DNA of 56,254 nt from Deltaproteobacteria bacterium (GTDB taxonomy: Bacteria; Myxococcota_A; Polyangia; GCA-2747355). Below the pieces are notes generated by a model. The model was given only the letters and a program-made list of their open reading frames with translations. It did not search any database and was not told the origin of the DNA. Shown piece after piece: positions 26,534-36,282 of this stretch (its first letter is position 1; every line of letters starts with the position of its first letter). Position numbers and translations under genes: made by a program. The stretch lies in assembly GCA_019314525.1 (NCBI GenBank), contig JAFCZD010000002.1, forward strand, positions 1 through 56,254, given 5' to 3'.

Positions 26534-26968
26534 TCAGGCCTGGGGAGGTTTCTTGTCATGCCGACCATTGCCTGCCATCAACTTGAAGTCATCGAGGGCA
26601 TGGGTATCAGCATCGGGGAAGGGATAGTTGGCGAATTCTTCAGCCGGCACCCAACGAAAATCATGCACCTTCAGCGATTCCAGCGCTGCGACATTGGAGA
26701 TGAGCTCCGCCTCGTAGAGCAGGAGCTCGACGCTGTAGCCTTCATAGCTGTGGCGGCGAAACGCGACGGGCTTGCCGATCTGCACCTCAGCACCGAGACG
26801 TTCGCTGAACTCTCGTTTGAGCGCATCGGCGTCGCTCTCGCCCTGTTCCACGCGGCCACCAGGGAACTCCCACATCAGAGAGTGCTTTGCCTCTTCCCGA
26901 CGTTGGGTAATCAGATACGCTCCATCGCGTAGGATGACGGCGGACACGACCCTGATGCTTTTTTCCAT
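26534..26968 (-). CDS. Nudix hydrolase (MutT-like)
   Basis: Nudix box GGRVEQGESDADALKREFSERLG. GAGG Shine-Dalgarno. Confidence 0.85.
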   Translation of the reverse strand: MEKSIRVVSAVILRDGAYLITQRREEAKHSLMWEFPGGRVEQGESDADALKREFSERLGAEVQIGKPVAFRRHSYEGYSVELLLYEAELISNVAALESLKVHDFRWVPAEEFANYPFPDADTHALDDFKLMAGNGRHDKKPPQA

Positions 26969-26988
26969 CCCTGGTTACCTCGCGGTGT

Positions 26989-27102
26989 CTAGGCGTTCTT
27001 TCGCTTGGCTGTGTTGCGCTTGCGTTGGATGCGCGCTTTGAGCTTGTTGCGTCCTTGACGACGCCTCATCTTGAGTGAGTGACGACGATCTCCGCGACCC
27101 AT
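26989..27102 (-). CDS. 37-aa highly basic protein, bTHX-like (possible 30S ribosomal protein THX); below the ORF-track cutoff
   Basis: Hand translation: MGRGDRRHSLKMRRRQGRNKLKARIQRKRNTAKRKNA*. AAGGAG lies 6 nt upstream of the ATG. The stop is 21 nt before the Nudix start. The N-terminus MGRGDRR resembles Thermus THX MGKGDRR. Confidence 0.55.
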   Translation of the reverse strand: MGRGDRRHSLKMRRRQGRNKLKARIQRKRNTAKRKNA

Positions 27103-27292
27103 GAAATACTCCTTGAAAGGAACCAAAGACGGTCACTTAACGCATCACGCCAGCAGCGTCAAGGTGAGGCCAGCTCCTCGCGGATCACGAGTGCTGGATC
27201 ATGGATACCAAGTCCTCAACGGAAAAGAGGACCCATTTCGCTGACTCAACTGCTAAGGTGCTCGCCTTCTGGAGCGATGAGAGAGAGCGACG

Positions 27293-28231
27293 ATGAGGGA
27301 TAAGCGTATCTTGGTGACAGGCGGGGCAGGGTTTGTTGGGTCGCACCTCTGCGATCGGCTGTTGGCTCTGGGGCATGAGGTGGTCTGCATGGACAACTTC
27401 TTCACAGGGAGCCGGGCGAATGTCTTGCACCTGATGGACAATCGGCGCTTTGAGCTGATGCGAGGTGACGTCAACCAGAAGATGGTGCTCGAGGTGGATG
27501 AAGTCTACCACATGGCTTGTCCGGCCTCACCCATCCACTATCAGCGCCACCCCGTGCGCACCATCAGCACCTCAGTAGTCGGTACGCTCAACATGCTTGA
27601 GCTTTGCCGAGAGGTCCACGCCAAGTTGCTGATCGCCTCCACCTCGGAGGTCTATGGCGATCCTGAGCAACACCCGCAGACGGAGGAATACTGGGGACAC
27701 GTCAATCCCATCGGGCCACGCGCTTGCTATGACGAGGGGAAAAGGTGTGCGGAAGCGTTGGCCATCTCCTTTTCACGTCAATATTCCGTGCCCGTGCGTA
27801 TCCCGCGGATCTTCAACACCTATGGTCCACGGATGCACGAGCACGACGGTCGGGTTGTGTCGAACTTTGTGCTCCAGGCGTTGATGGGGAAGCCGATTAC
27901 AATCTATGGAGAGGGCGATCAGACCCGCTCCTTCTGTTACGTTTCGGACTTGGTGGAGGGGCTGATTTGGCTGATGGACTCCGATGTGGACGCTCAGCCC
28001 GTCAATTTGGGCAACCCCTCCGAGCGGACCATCAGGCAGCTGGCGGAAGAGATCATCGCGCTGACCTCCTCCTCCTCCAAGCTGCGCTTCGAGCCCTTGC
28101 CTGAGGATGATCCGACGCGTCGTCAGCCTGATATTTCCCGGGCCAAAGAGCTCTTGGGCTGGTCGCCGAGGGTGAGCATCGATGAGGGGCTCACAGCCAC
28201 GATCGAGTATTTTCGTGCTCTAAATGACTGA
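27293..28231 (+). CDS. uxs: UDP-glucuronate decarboxylase (UDP-xylose synthase), SDR family
   Basis: [34 protein letters not shown] (the YxxxK motif). Length is about 312 aa. Typical UXS. Confidence 0.85.
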   Translation: MRDKRILVTGGAGFVGSHLCDRLLALGHEVVCMDNFFTGSRANVLHLMDNRRFELMRGDVNQKMVLEVDEVYHMACPASPIHYQRHPVRTISTSVVGTLNMLELCREVHAKLLIASTSEVYGDPEQHPQTEEYWGHVNPIGPRACYDEGKRCAEALAISFSRQYSVPVRIPRIFNTYGPRMHEHDGRVVSNFVLQALMGKPITIYGEGDQTRSFCYVSDLVEGLIWLMDSDVDAQPVNLGNPSERTIRQLAEEIIALTSSSSKLRFEPLPEDDPTRRQPDISRAKELLGWSPRVSIDEGLTATIEYFRALND

Positions 28232-28307
28232 GCGGCTCACATCAACGTGTCAAAACTATCGCTGGGCCATGGGCAACGATACAATGAATGTGGCAGGAGG
28301 ATCTCTG

Positions 28308-28691
28308 ATGAAGCGCACGTTGGTGAGTGTGGTCTTGGTATGTTTAGCCTTTTCCTTGGGTGCTTGCGGAGACGATGAGACCGTCTTGTTGCTCAAACCC
28401 CTAGATCCTCCAGCGGTGACCATCCCAAAAGGGTCGTTTGCTGAGGTGAAGGTCATCTTGAGCACGGTGGTCAGGCTCGACACCTCGGTCAAGATTGTGA
28501 ATGCCAGCGATTTCTCGCAGTACCTGAGTTTTGACACCACAGACATCTCCTTCACCGCCTATGATGATCCACCCCACAAATTCGTGAAGATCATTGGTGA
28601 AGAGCTCACGGGAGCGCAGACGCTGGTCCTGCGCTTTGTGTTGCAGGAAAACGAGAGCACACGTGAGATGACCGTCAAGGTCGTCAAGTAG
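28308..28691 (+). CDS. Small lipoprotein, unknown function
   Basis: GGCAGGAGG Shine-Dalgarno, then MKRTLVSVVLVCLAFSLGAC (lipobox). Confidence 0.6.
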   Translation: MKRTLVSVVLVCLAFSLGACGDDETVLLLKPLDPPAVTIPKGSFAEVKVILSTVVRLDTSVKIVNASDFSQYLSFDTTDISFTAYDDPPHKFVKIIGEELTGAQTLVLRFVLQENESTREMTVKVVK

Positions 28692-28782
28692 CCGCAGGTT
28701 GTTCCGTCGCTGGCGTTTTTTGGGAGGCCCAGAATCTATTTCTGGTCGTTGGGGAGGAACTCCCCTCGAGAATTCAGATCAG

Positions 28783-30615
28783 CTAAAATCGTCTCTTGGC
28801 CGCTTTGGCCGCTTGCATGTACTGCATGAAGGCGGGGGCTGCGATGGCAGCCGCGGCACCGATGATCGCTGAAAAGAGCGCACCCTCTGAGCGCTGCTTG
28901 AGCTTACCATAACGAGTCTGGGCGTATTTTTGTGTGAGCTCATCAAGAGCCTTTTTGAAGGTGGCGCTGTCTCCGGAGAACTTGGCCGCCAAGGCTTGAT
29001 GCCATAGGGCGCGCGCCGCATCGTCAGTGGCCTGCCCGTCACGGTGTAGGGTGCGAATGTTGGCGCTCACATGGAGACCATCAGGGGCGCGGTAGATCTG
29101 GGCAATGGAGATGCTATCGAGTTGGTCGAGCATCAATCGCGCCAAATCGACCATGGCGCGGGCCTTCGGTGGCGCCATCATGCCGATCTGTTGCTGGATT
29201 TTCGGCCCAAGGGCCGCGAAGGGATCACCCACGCCTAGCTTAAGAGCCGCGAGGGCGCCACGGTCGAAGCGTTGGCGCTGATCCGCCGGGAGGCTGGCAA
29301 GAAACGCGTTGGCGTCGGTGCTGTCGAGCTTGCTCAATTCCTTGACGCTGTCCCAGTGGCCCGCGATGACGCCCAAGGGACCAGCGGCGACACCAAATTC
29401 CAAAGTGAGGGGCATGCTGGGCGAGCCCTTGACGGCGATACGAAAGGCCTCACGGCCGTTGAGTTTCTTCCTCGAGATCGATACCTTGGGTTGATTACCC
29501 TTGTTCTTCTTGCGGGCCAGCTCCTTCTTCAACAGCTTGCCGATGCTCGAGACCATCTTCTGTGTTTGGGCGACGTCTTTCGCTCCGACCACCACCACCA
29601 GCTTGCCGGGCTTGTGTTCCACAGCTAGCACTTCTCCGCTGAGGTTCTGTGGGTCGCCAAAGACATTCGAGAGCTCCTTGGCGTCGGGCCCCAGCATCTG
29701 CAGCGTGTGATGTAAGGGGAGTCGAGCATAGATGTACGAGGGTGCTCCTTTGGCGAGACCAATGAGCTTGCTCGCGCTTGCGGGCATCTCAAGGAGTGGG
29801 CCATAGAGGCGCTGAGTCTGTATCAGCGCTGGGGACTTGATGGTGGCGTCCACAGCGAGCCCGTCGGCGGCGACTCTGGCCACTGCCCAAACCGCCACGG
29901 GCTGCCCCGTGACCCAGGCATAGCCCGCGCTGCCCTCGATGCTCTTGCGCTGGTCAACGCTTAGCTTGTCCCACAGCGAGGGTTTTGGAGGTTTGCTCAG
30001 GGCATTGATCACGAGGGAGATCTTGTCGCTGATGAGTGCCAGCTTGCCATTGAAGTGGCAGTAGATGGGTTTCTTTGTGCGCGTGCTGGTGAAGACCCAG
30101 AGCTTCACGCTCTCGCGGGTCTCATCGCTCCAGCTGCCCAGCTTGGCCAGCTTGGTGCGTAAGGCCGCACTATCCGTAACCGGCAGCAACATCAGCGTTT
30201 GATCATCACGGCTGACCTGAATTTGAGCCGCGCCCTTGGGGTCGAGGCCAAAGGCAGCCAGGTCTTTGAGCTGAAGGGGGGCGGGCAGGGCGCCTTGCTT
30301 GCTCGCGATTTTGGCTTGCTTCACGAGGGCTGCTCCAGCTGGCAGGGTCTTGAGGGTGCCCTCCAGCCAGCCAAGCACCTGATAGAAGGCGCTTGGGTCG
30401 GCAAGGCCAAAGATGGCCTGTGCATCAGGGGAAGCCATGCTCAGGAGTGTTTTCGCATCTGGGGTCTTGGCGGGGGTCTTTTCCGCCGCCGTTGCTTTGG
30501 CAGCGGGCGTCACCGCCTTTGGCGAGGTCGTGGCTTTTGGTGCAGTAGGTTTTTCGGTGTTGCTGCAACCGCTAGCCAGGATAGAGAGCAGCAGGATCGG
30601 AGTGATGACACGCAT
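28783..30615 (-). CDS. Large lipoprotein, unknown function
   Basis: MRVITPILLLSILASGC lipobox, an Ala/Lys/Thr/Pro-rich linker, then about 550 aa with no family I recognise. Confidence 0.6.
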   Translation of the reverse strand: MRVITPILLLSILASGCSNTEKPTAPKATTSPKAVTPAAKATAAEKTPAKTPDAKTLLSMASPDAQAIFGLADPSAFYQVLGWLEGTLKTLPAGAALVKQAKIASKQGALPAPLQLKDLAAFGLDPKGAAQIQVSRDDQTLMLLPVTDSAALRTKLAKLGSWSDETRESVKLWVFTSTRTKKPIYCHFNGKLALISDKISLVINALSKPPKPSLWDKLSVDQRKSIEGSAGYAWVTGQPVAVWAVARVAADGLAVDATIKSPALIQTQRLYGPLLEMPASASKLIGLAKGAPSYIYARLPLHHTLQMLGPDAKELSNVFGDPQNLSGEVLAVEHKPGKLVVVVGAKDVAQTQKMVSSIGKLLKKELARKKNKGNQPKVSISRKKLNGREAFRIAVKGSPSMPLTLEFGVAAGPLGVIAGHWDSVKELSKLDSTDANAFLASLPADQRQRFDRGALAALKLGVGDPFAALGPKIQQQIGMMAPPKARAMVDLARLMLDQLDSISIAQIYRAPDGLHVSANIRTLHRDGQATDDAARALWHQALAAKFSGDSATFKKALDELTQKYAQTRYGKLKQRSEGALFSAIIGAAAAIAAPAFMQYMQAAKAAKRRF

Positions 30616-30697
30616 GGGAGGTCCCTCTCGGTAGTCAATGGCGGGGAGCTTAACGCAGAAGGGGTGCTATGGCGACGACGAGAAACGCAGCCTGGGA

Positions 30698-30991
30698 CTA
30701 TTCGTTGCGCGCTAGGAGCAGCACGTAAGGACCGATGGAGATGCGGTCCGAGGGGCGGACCACCACAGGTGCGTTGACCCGCACACCGTTGACAAAAGTG
30801 CCGTTGGTGCTGCCCAGGTCCGTCAGCACCACCTTGCCATCATGGGCCGCGAGGCGGCAGTGCTCGTTGGAGATGTTGGGTGCTGGCAATACGAGGTGAA
30901 CATCGGGATCTCGTCCCACATCAATGGCGAGGTCCTGAAAGCTGAAGCGGTGCCAGCTTCCGGATTCATCGATGATGTCCAGCTCGAGCAT
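30698..30991 (-). CDS. FHA domain protein
   Basis: VGRDPDVHLVLPAPNISNEHCRL...VLTDLGSTNGTFVNG is a canonical FHA core. Start moved to ATG 30991 because the longer track ORF overlaps the upstream NHL gene. No clear Shine-Dalgarno. Confidence 0.7.
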   Translation of the reverse strand: MLELDIIDESGSWHRFSFQDLAIDVGRDPDVHLVLPAPNISNEHCRLAAHDGKVVLTDLGSTNGTFVNGVRVNAPVVVRPSDRISIGPYVLLLARNE

Positions 30992-31100
30992 GACACGGAA
31001 GATACCGCAAAGAGCGATAGGCGCTAGAGGGAAAACAGCTTGCTGGATGACGTCGGCGGAAATGATGAAGCGTTCAGAACCTGCGAGGGCGTGACAAGCA

Positions 31101-32390
31101 TCAGGGCGCGAGAACCACCAGGCGGATGACGTGGTTGTTGACGTCAGAGACGTAGAGGCGCGTGCCAGCTTCATTGACGACCGCCGAGAAGGGGGCGAAG
31201 AACTGGGCAGTCTTGGCGTCACCATCTTTGTAGCCTGGGATGCCAGAGCCGGCGATGGTCGTCACGTGGTTGTCCTCGCGCCTGCGTAGGCGGTGGTTGG
31301 CCGAGTCGACGATATAGACGCGGCCGGCGCCATCGACGGCGACGGAGCTAGGCACACGAAAGAGCGCGACGTTGTAGTAGCCATCGAGGAAGCCGGGTTT
31401 GCCGCTGATACCCGCGATGCTCGCGATGCTATTGCCCGACGCCCGCAGGATGCGGTGGTTCTGACTCTCAGCGACAAAAACTTGCCCGGCGGCGTCCACA
31501 GCCACGCCGGTGGTGCCAACGAAGTTGTAGTATCCATCGGCACTGAGGTTCGTCACCTGCGAGTTGGCGGTGATCTTGCGCACCCGGTTGTTGAACGTAT
31601 CGGCGACGTAGAGCACGCCAAAGCCGTCCACCGTGATGTCGCGCGGAGAGTTGAATGTCGCCTTCACGCCCCAATCGTTGGTGCCGCCTGCCGAGCCAGA
31701 CCCGGCGAAGGTCGTGACGGTTCCGCTGCGTAGGCGGCGGATGCGATGGTTCCCCGTGTCCGCGATGTAGACGGTGCCTTTGCTGTCGATGGTTACACCG
31801 CTCGGCGCGAAGAAGCGCGCCTCGTTGAGGGCAGCGCCGTCAAAGAACCCTGGGTTGCCTGTGCCTGCGATGGTGGTGAGTTCACCGCCCTCTAGCTTAC
31901 GAATACGGTGGTTTTCCCGGTCGGCGATGTAGAGCACGCCATCTTTTAGCGCGAGACCGGAGGGCGAGTTCAGCTGGGCGGCGAGGGCAGGGCCGTCGGC
32001 GAACCCTGGCTCGCCGTTGCCCACCAAGGTGATTACACAGTTGACACAGCCGGGCCCCTGGTCGGGATCGCCAGTCGCATCCGTGGCGTCTGTGGCGATA
32101 TCTATCGACAGGTCGGCGACTGCTGCATCAAGGGGAGCATCGGCCCCCTGATCTACAGGCGGCCATGGCGGTAGGTCGCGGGGCGGAAAGGGCCCATCAG
32201 GGGGGCTCACACAAAGATTCGAAAGGCACCAGAGCCCAGGATCGCAGGTGCCATTGGGATAGCAGCCCTCCCCCTCACCACCGAAAGTCGTCACGGCCAG
32301 ATCATCGCTGGAGCAAGCGGGGAGTAGGATCGCGAGGCTGCAGAATAGCAGGAAGCGTGCTTTCGAGCGATGCATCGCGTTCTCCTTCAT
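31101..32390 (-). CDS. NHL-repeat beta-propeller lipoprotein
   Basis: Lipobox ILLPAC. Cys-rich knot CYPNGTCDPGLWCLSNLC. Repeated (Y/F)(I/V)AD..NHRIR motifs occur 6 times. ATGA overlap with the upstream paralogue. Confidence 0.8.
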   Translation of the reverse strand: MKENAMHRSKARFLLFCSLAILLPACSSDDLAVTTFGGEGEGCYPNGTCDPGLWCLSNLCVSPPDGPFPPRDLPPWPPVDQGADAPLDAAVADLSIDIATDATDATGDPDQGPGCVNCVITLVGNGEPGFADGPALAAQLNSPSGLALKDGVLYIADRENHRIRKLEGGELTTIAGTGNPGFFDGAALNEARFFAPSGVTIDSKGTVYIADTGNHRIRRLRSGTVTTFAGSGSAGGTNDWGVKATFNSPRDITVDGFGVLYVADTFNNRVRKITANSQVTNLSADGYYNFVGTTGVAVDAAGQVFVAESQNHRILRASGNSIASIAGISGKPGFLDGYYNVALFRVPSSVAVDGAGRVYIVDSANHRLRRREDNHVTTIAGSGIPGYKDGDAKTAQFFAPFSAVVNEAGTRLYVSDVNNHVIRLVVLAP

Positions 32391-33664
32391 GGGGCGATCT
32401 CCCGGATGATGTGGTTACCGGTGTCGGCTACGAAGACATGCCCCCCGTCGGTGACGGTGATGGCAACGGGCCCGCGGAAGCGTGCGTCGTTGAGGGGGCC
32501 GTCGGCGTAGCCTGCGCTCGCGCCGACGAAGGTCTGGACCAGGTCGTTTTTCAGCACCCTGATGCGATGATTTCCCGTATCCGCGATGTAGAGGCTGCCG
32601 GAGAAGGGTTCGTAGGCCAAGCTCTGAGGAGTGCTGAATTGTGCAAGGTGCGCCTCTCCATCGAAGAGACCTGGCGTGTTGGCTTTGCCAGCCATGTGAT
32701 CCACGAGGGTGCCCACCATACGGACGAGATAGTGACCCCCGGTGACAGCCGCCAAGATCGCCCCCGAGGGGTCGTTGGTCACGCCGGCTGGGCGCGACAG
32801 GTTAGTTCCCACCGTGAAGACCTGGCCACCACTGATGCGGCGCAGTTGGTTGTTGTCTCGATCAGCGACCCAGACGTCGCCAAAGACATCTACTGCGACA
32901 TCCACCGGATTGTTGAACGTCGCCTGCCCCTGGTAACCGTCCTTGCTGCCGACGGCGCCAGTGCCCGCAAAGGTGGTTACAGTCTGATCAGAAGAGATGC
33001 GCCGAATGCTGTGGTTCGCTCGATCGGCGACGAAGAGGCACTGTGTGCGTGGATCGTAGGCGAGGCCACAGGGATCGGAAAAGAGCGCCAGGGAGGCCAC
33101 GCCATCCATGCGACCGCTGACGCTTCCCGCGTAGGTGCTGACAACACCTTTTTCGATGCGTCGAATGCGGTGGTTAGCGCTGTCAGCGACGAAGACCACG
33201 CCGGCTGGCGTGACCGCCACCCCACGAGGGCTCGAAAATTGGGCTTGGTTTGCGGGGCCATCCTGGTTGCCGGGGCTGCCCACGAGGCCTGCCACGGTGC
33301 GCACGAGGCCTTGAAAGGCCAGATCCTGCCGAGCGAGATCCGAGTCGCCCAGATCTGAGTCACCCAGATCCTTCAGCAGGAGCGACTCTCCCATACCATC
33401 ACCAACGCTCGCCATATCTCCATCGGTGTGGCGCATGTCCCCAGGAGGGATCGCCCCATCGAATGGCGCTTGGTCGACGAAGCTGCCGTCGCCATCTCCA
33501 CGGCACCAGCCCTCTGTGCAAAGCAGGCTCTGGTTGCAGGTTTGGTTGGGATAGCAGGGCTGGTCTGCGCTACCCATCCTGATCTCTGTGCTGCCGCTAG
33601 AGCGCGCGCATCCCGCTGCTCCTCCGAGTAGGAGAAATACCAACAAATGCCATCCCATAACCAC
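32387..33664 (-). CDS. NHL-repeat beta-propeller lipoprotein (tandem paralogue)
   Basis: Signal/lipobox LLLGGAAGC. CYPNQTCNQSLLCTEGWC. Six AD..NH.IR repeats. Confidence 0.8.
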   Translation of the reverse strand: MVMGWHLLVFLLLGGAAGCARSSGSTEIRMGSADQPCYPNQTCNQSLLCTEGWCRGDGDGSFVDQAPFDGAIPPGDMRHTDGDMASVGDGMGESLLLKDLGDSDLGDSDLARQDLAFQGLVRTVAGLVGSPGNQDGPANQAQFSSPRGVAVTPAGVVFVADSANHRIRRIEKGVVSTYAGSVSGRMDGVASLALFSDPCGLAYDPRTQCLFVADRANHSIRRISSDQTVTTFAGTGAVGSKDGYQGQATFNNPVDVAVDVFGDVWVADRDNNQLRRISGGQVFTVGTNLSRPAGVTNDPSGAILAAVTGGHYLVRMVGTLVDHMAGKANTPGLFDGEAHLAQFSTPQSLAYEPFSGSLYIADTGNHRIRVLKNDLVQTFVGASAGYADGPLNDARFRGPVAITVTDGGHVFVADTGNHIIREIAP

Positions 33665-33715
33665 TAAGTTAACACCTACGTTTATCGCAAGGCAATCATT
33701 AGGGGGGGCTGGGAG

Positions 33716-35128
33716 CTAGCCTTCTTGGGCCGGCCAAGGCGTGCGCTGCTCGAGGATCGCGGCGTCGCTGTACCAATGCCGCCGCACCTCTCCGGCGAGG
33801 TAGAGCGACCCCGTCACAAGCAGCAAATCACCGTCTTCAACGCCTGCGAGGGCATGCTTCAGGGCGACCTGGGCGTCTTTTTCAATGACGATCTTGGCGC
33901 GAGTCTTGGCGCGCAGTTCATCTGCGAGCTCCTGGGCTGGGCGTGCAGCCTTGGCATAAACCCGGGGTTCGGTGAGGGTGACGGTGGCTGCTCGAGCCAC
34001 CGCCTGCTCTAACGCTGTGCCAACATTTTTCGCCGAGAGCGCGCCGTAGAGTAGGTGCAGGCGACGTGCTGGCAACGCGCCCAAGCTCTCGAGGGCACCA
34101 GCCAGCTTATCAGGGTTGTGGGCCCCGTCGATGAGCACGGCGCATCTCGAGGCGCCTTCTGGCATCAACTCCAGTCGTGCTGGCAGACGCGCCCGCTCGA
34201 GCCCGGTGCGGATGGCGGCTTCGTCGATGCGCTCGCCCTCCGGGTCGATCTCTTCACAGGCGGCGATGGCCAACGCGGCGTTGGCCGCCTGAAAAGGGCC
34301 ACGCAGCGCGAGGCGCAAACCTTTGAGCTGAAAGCGCGGGCTGCGGTAGGTGAGGCAAGGGGAACCTGCGTCATAAGAAGTGATATCGAAGCAGGTAGGG
34401 GTGACGACGCGCAGTGGGACACCCACCTGTGTCGCTTGGCGTTGGGCGGCGCGCTGCGCTGGGTCATCGGCGCCACGCGAAAAAACCACGGCGCGGCAAC
34501 CCTCCTTGATGATGCCTGCTTTGTGGGTGGCGATATCTTGGAGGGTTGGGCCAAGGGTCTTGAGGTGATCGAGGCCCACGTTGGTGACCACCGCGACTTT
34601 GGTGCGCAGGACATTGGTGAGATCATGGCGACCTCCCACCCCAACCTCCACCACACCGATCTCCACCCCCTGGCGCCGGAAGTGTTCCAAAAAAAGCCCC
34701 ACCGAGGCCATGCCGTGCAAGGGTACTTCAGGGCCGCGGTGTGCCTCCGCTCGTGGCCGCATCCACTCAACGAGATTTGCGTATTGCGCCACGGTGGCGA
34801 GCTCTCCGTCTACCCAGAGCTTCTCGGTGGCGACCTGTACATAGGGGGAGAGGTGCATGCCCACGCGCACTCCCGCGGCGTGCAGGATCTCGGCGATCAT
34901 CGCACATACTGAGCCCTTGCCCGAGGTGCCCGCGACGTGTACGGCGTCAAACGCTTCTTGGGGAGCGCCGAGGTCCGGCAAGAACATCTCCATCCACTCG
35001 CGACGCGTGCGTGTGCTGCTCTCGTTGCCCAGCTCGCTGGCGTCACGCCGGATCAAGCCTTCGTTGATGAAGGCGTTGGCCTGGAGGTATTGCTCTTGTT
35101 GTGCTTGGCGCGCTTGGCGTCGGCTCAT
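33716..35128 (-). CDS. folC: Folylpolyglutamate synthase / dihydrofolate synthase
   Basis: Mur-ligase P-loop VAGTSGKGS, GLDHLKTLG, and a FolC-like C-terminal domain. ATGA overlap with the upstream cytochrome gene. Confidence 0.9.
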   Translation of the reverse strand: MSRRQARQAQQEQYLQANAFINEGLIRRDASELGNESSTRTRREWMEMFLPDLGAPQEAFDAVHVAGTSGKGSVCAMIAEILHAAGVRVGMHLSPYVQVATEKLWVDGELATVAQYANLVEWMRPRAEAHRGPEVPLHGMASVGLFLEHFRRQGVEIGVVEVGVGGRHDLTNVLRTKVAVVTNVGLDHLKTLGPTLQDIATHKAGIIKEGCRAVVFSRGADDPAQRAAQRQATQVGVPLRVVTPTCFDITSYDAGSPCLTYRSPRFQLKGLRLALRGPFQAANAALAIAACEEIDPEGERIDEAAIRTGLERARLPARLELMPEGASRCAVLIDGAHNPDKLAGALESLGALPARRLHLLYGALSAKNVGTALEQAVARAATVTLTEPRVYAKAARPAQELADELRAKTRAKIVIEKDAQVALKHALAGVEDGDLLLVTGSLYLAGEVRRHWYSDAAILEQRTPWPAQEG

Positions 35129-36111
35129 GGGAGCATTCGCAGCGCACGTTTCACCAGCTCACTTCCACCATCGTCGTCGCGCAGGTGGCATGTGCCACAA
35201 AGGTGGACCGCTGCGGCTATTTGGGGGCACATCCCCTTGTTTCCGGCGGGCTTGACGGCAGCGCTTTGATGACACCGAACGCAGCGCAGGTCGTTGTTGT
35301 TGCGCAGCATCGTGCAGCGGTGGCCTTTGCCTTTGGCCTTGGTGGTGGCATCCCCGAGGATGTGGCAGGAGGTGCAGGGAGCGTCGATGCGCAGCTTGGG
35401 CCGGTGAACGTATTCGGCGTAGGTCCGGCGTTGGGGCCGGTCATTGAGGCTCAGCACATAGGTGATCAGCCTTTCGATGTTCTGTCGCCCCTCGTCGGTG
35501 TCGGCGAAGTGGTCTTGGTAGGTCCCATCGCGGATCGACCACATGGAGGCTGTGGCGAGTACTGAGCGCGAGTCGAGCAGCCAGCGCTTGAGGTAGGCCA
35601 CATGCTTGGGCGGCACGGTGTTCAGTGAGGGGCCGATCTCTGGTGGCTGGTGGCCCGGGCCGTGACAGCCCACACAGGTGCCGTGTAGATAGCTCGTATG
35701 CCCAGCGACGATCTTCTCCATGCCTTTGACCTGGCCGGGGATATGGCAGCGTGTGCAACCAACAAGGTATTGCCCTTTGGGCAAGAAGGGGTCGCGTCCT
35801 TCGCCCAGTCGTGGTCCGTGGGCTAACTCCTTGTCGAGCTGCGCACCGTCACCACCGTGGCAGGGGGTGCAACCAATACGCGCCAAATCTGTGTGACCCA
35901 CCACAGGCTTGTGCTTGGCTAAGGGGTGGCAACTCTGGCAAAGCTCTGTCTCGTCGAGGAGGTTCTTGCTCTCCACGGGGGTTGGGCCACTCTTGAGGAG
36001 GACGATAGCCGTGGCGCCGCAAGCGCCAAGCAGAACCACACCAAGGGCCAACTTCGCAACGGGCAAGCGCTGTTGTGGTGGCTGCGCTTTGTCTTCGCTC
36101 TTTTCTCCCAT
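35125..36111 (-). CDS. Membrane-anchored heptahaem cytochrome c
   Basis: N-terminal TM LALGVVLLGACGATAIVLL. Seven CxxCH motifs (CQSCH, CTPCH, CTRCH, CVGCH, CTSCH, CVRCH, CGTCH). Confidence 0.75.
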   Translation of the reverse strand: MGEKSEDKAQPPQQRLPVAKLALGVVLLGACGATAIVLLKSGPTPVESKNLLDETELCQSCHPLAKHKPVVGHTDLARIGCTPCHGGDGAQLDKELAHGPRLGEGRDPFLPKGQYLVGCTRCHIPGQVKGMEKIVAGHTSYLHGTCVGCHGPGHQPPEIGPSLNTVPPKHVAYLKRWLLDSRSVLATASMWSIRDGTYQDHFADTDEGRQNIERLITYVLSLNDRPQRRTYAEYVHRPKLRIDAPCTSCHILGDATTKAKGKGHRCTMLRNNNDLRCVRCHQSAAVKPAGNKGMCPQIAAAVHLCGTCHLRDDDGGSELVKRALRMLP

Positions 36112-36184
36112 GCTGCTGACGATATCAGCTCCCCTCGCTCTTTGGCAAAGCGCGGCTCATCTGTCGTTGTGAAATTAGTGGGCT

Positions 36185-36248
36185 CTAGAACATGAGCCAT
36201 TGAATGTTCGCGGCGTAAGTCACAAACCAAAACGCCGCCATCATCTAG
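36185..36248 (+). repeat. Interspersed repeat family R2, copy 3 (internally deleted), oriented toward the histidine kinase gene
   Basis: ctagaacatgagccattgaatgttcgcggcgtaagtcacaaaccaaaacgccgccatcatctag. The 5' part matches copy 1 (aatgttcgcggcgtaagtc). The 3' end matches the copy 2/4 terminus (ccgcc..tcatctag). Confidence 0.65.
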
Positions 36249-36282
36249 CTCGCAGCCGTCTTTTTTGCTCTAGTGGGCGGGC

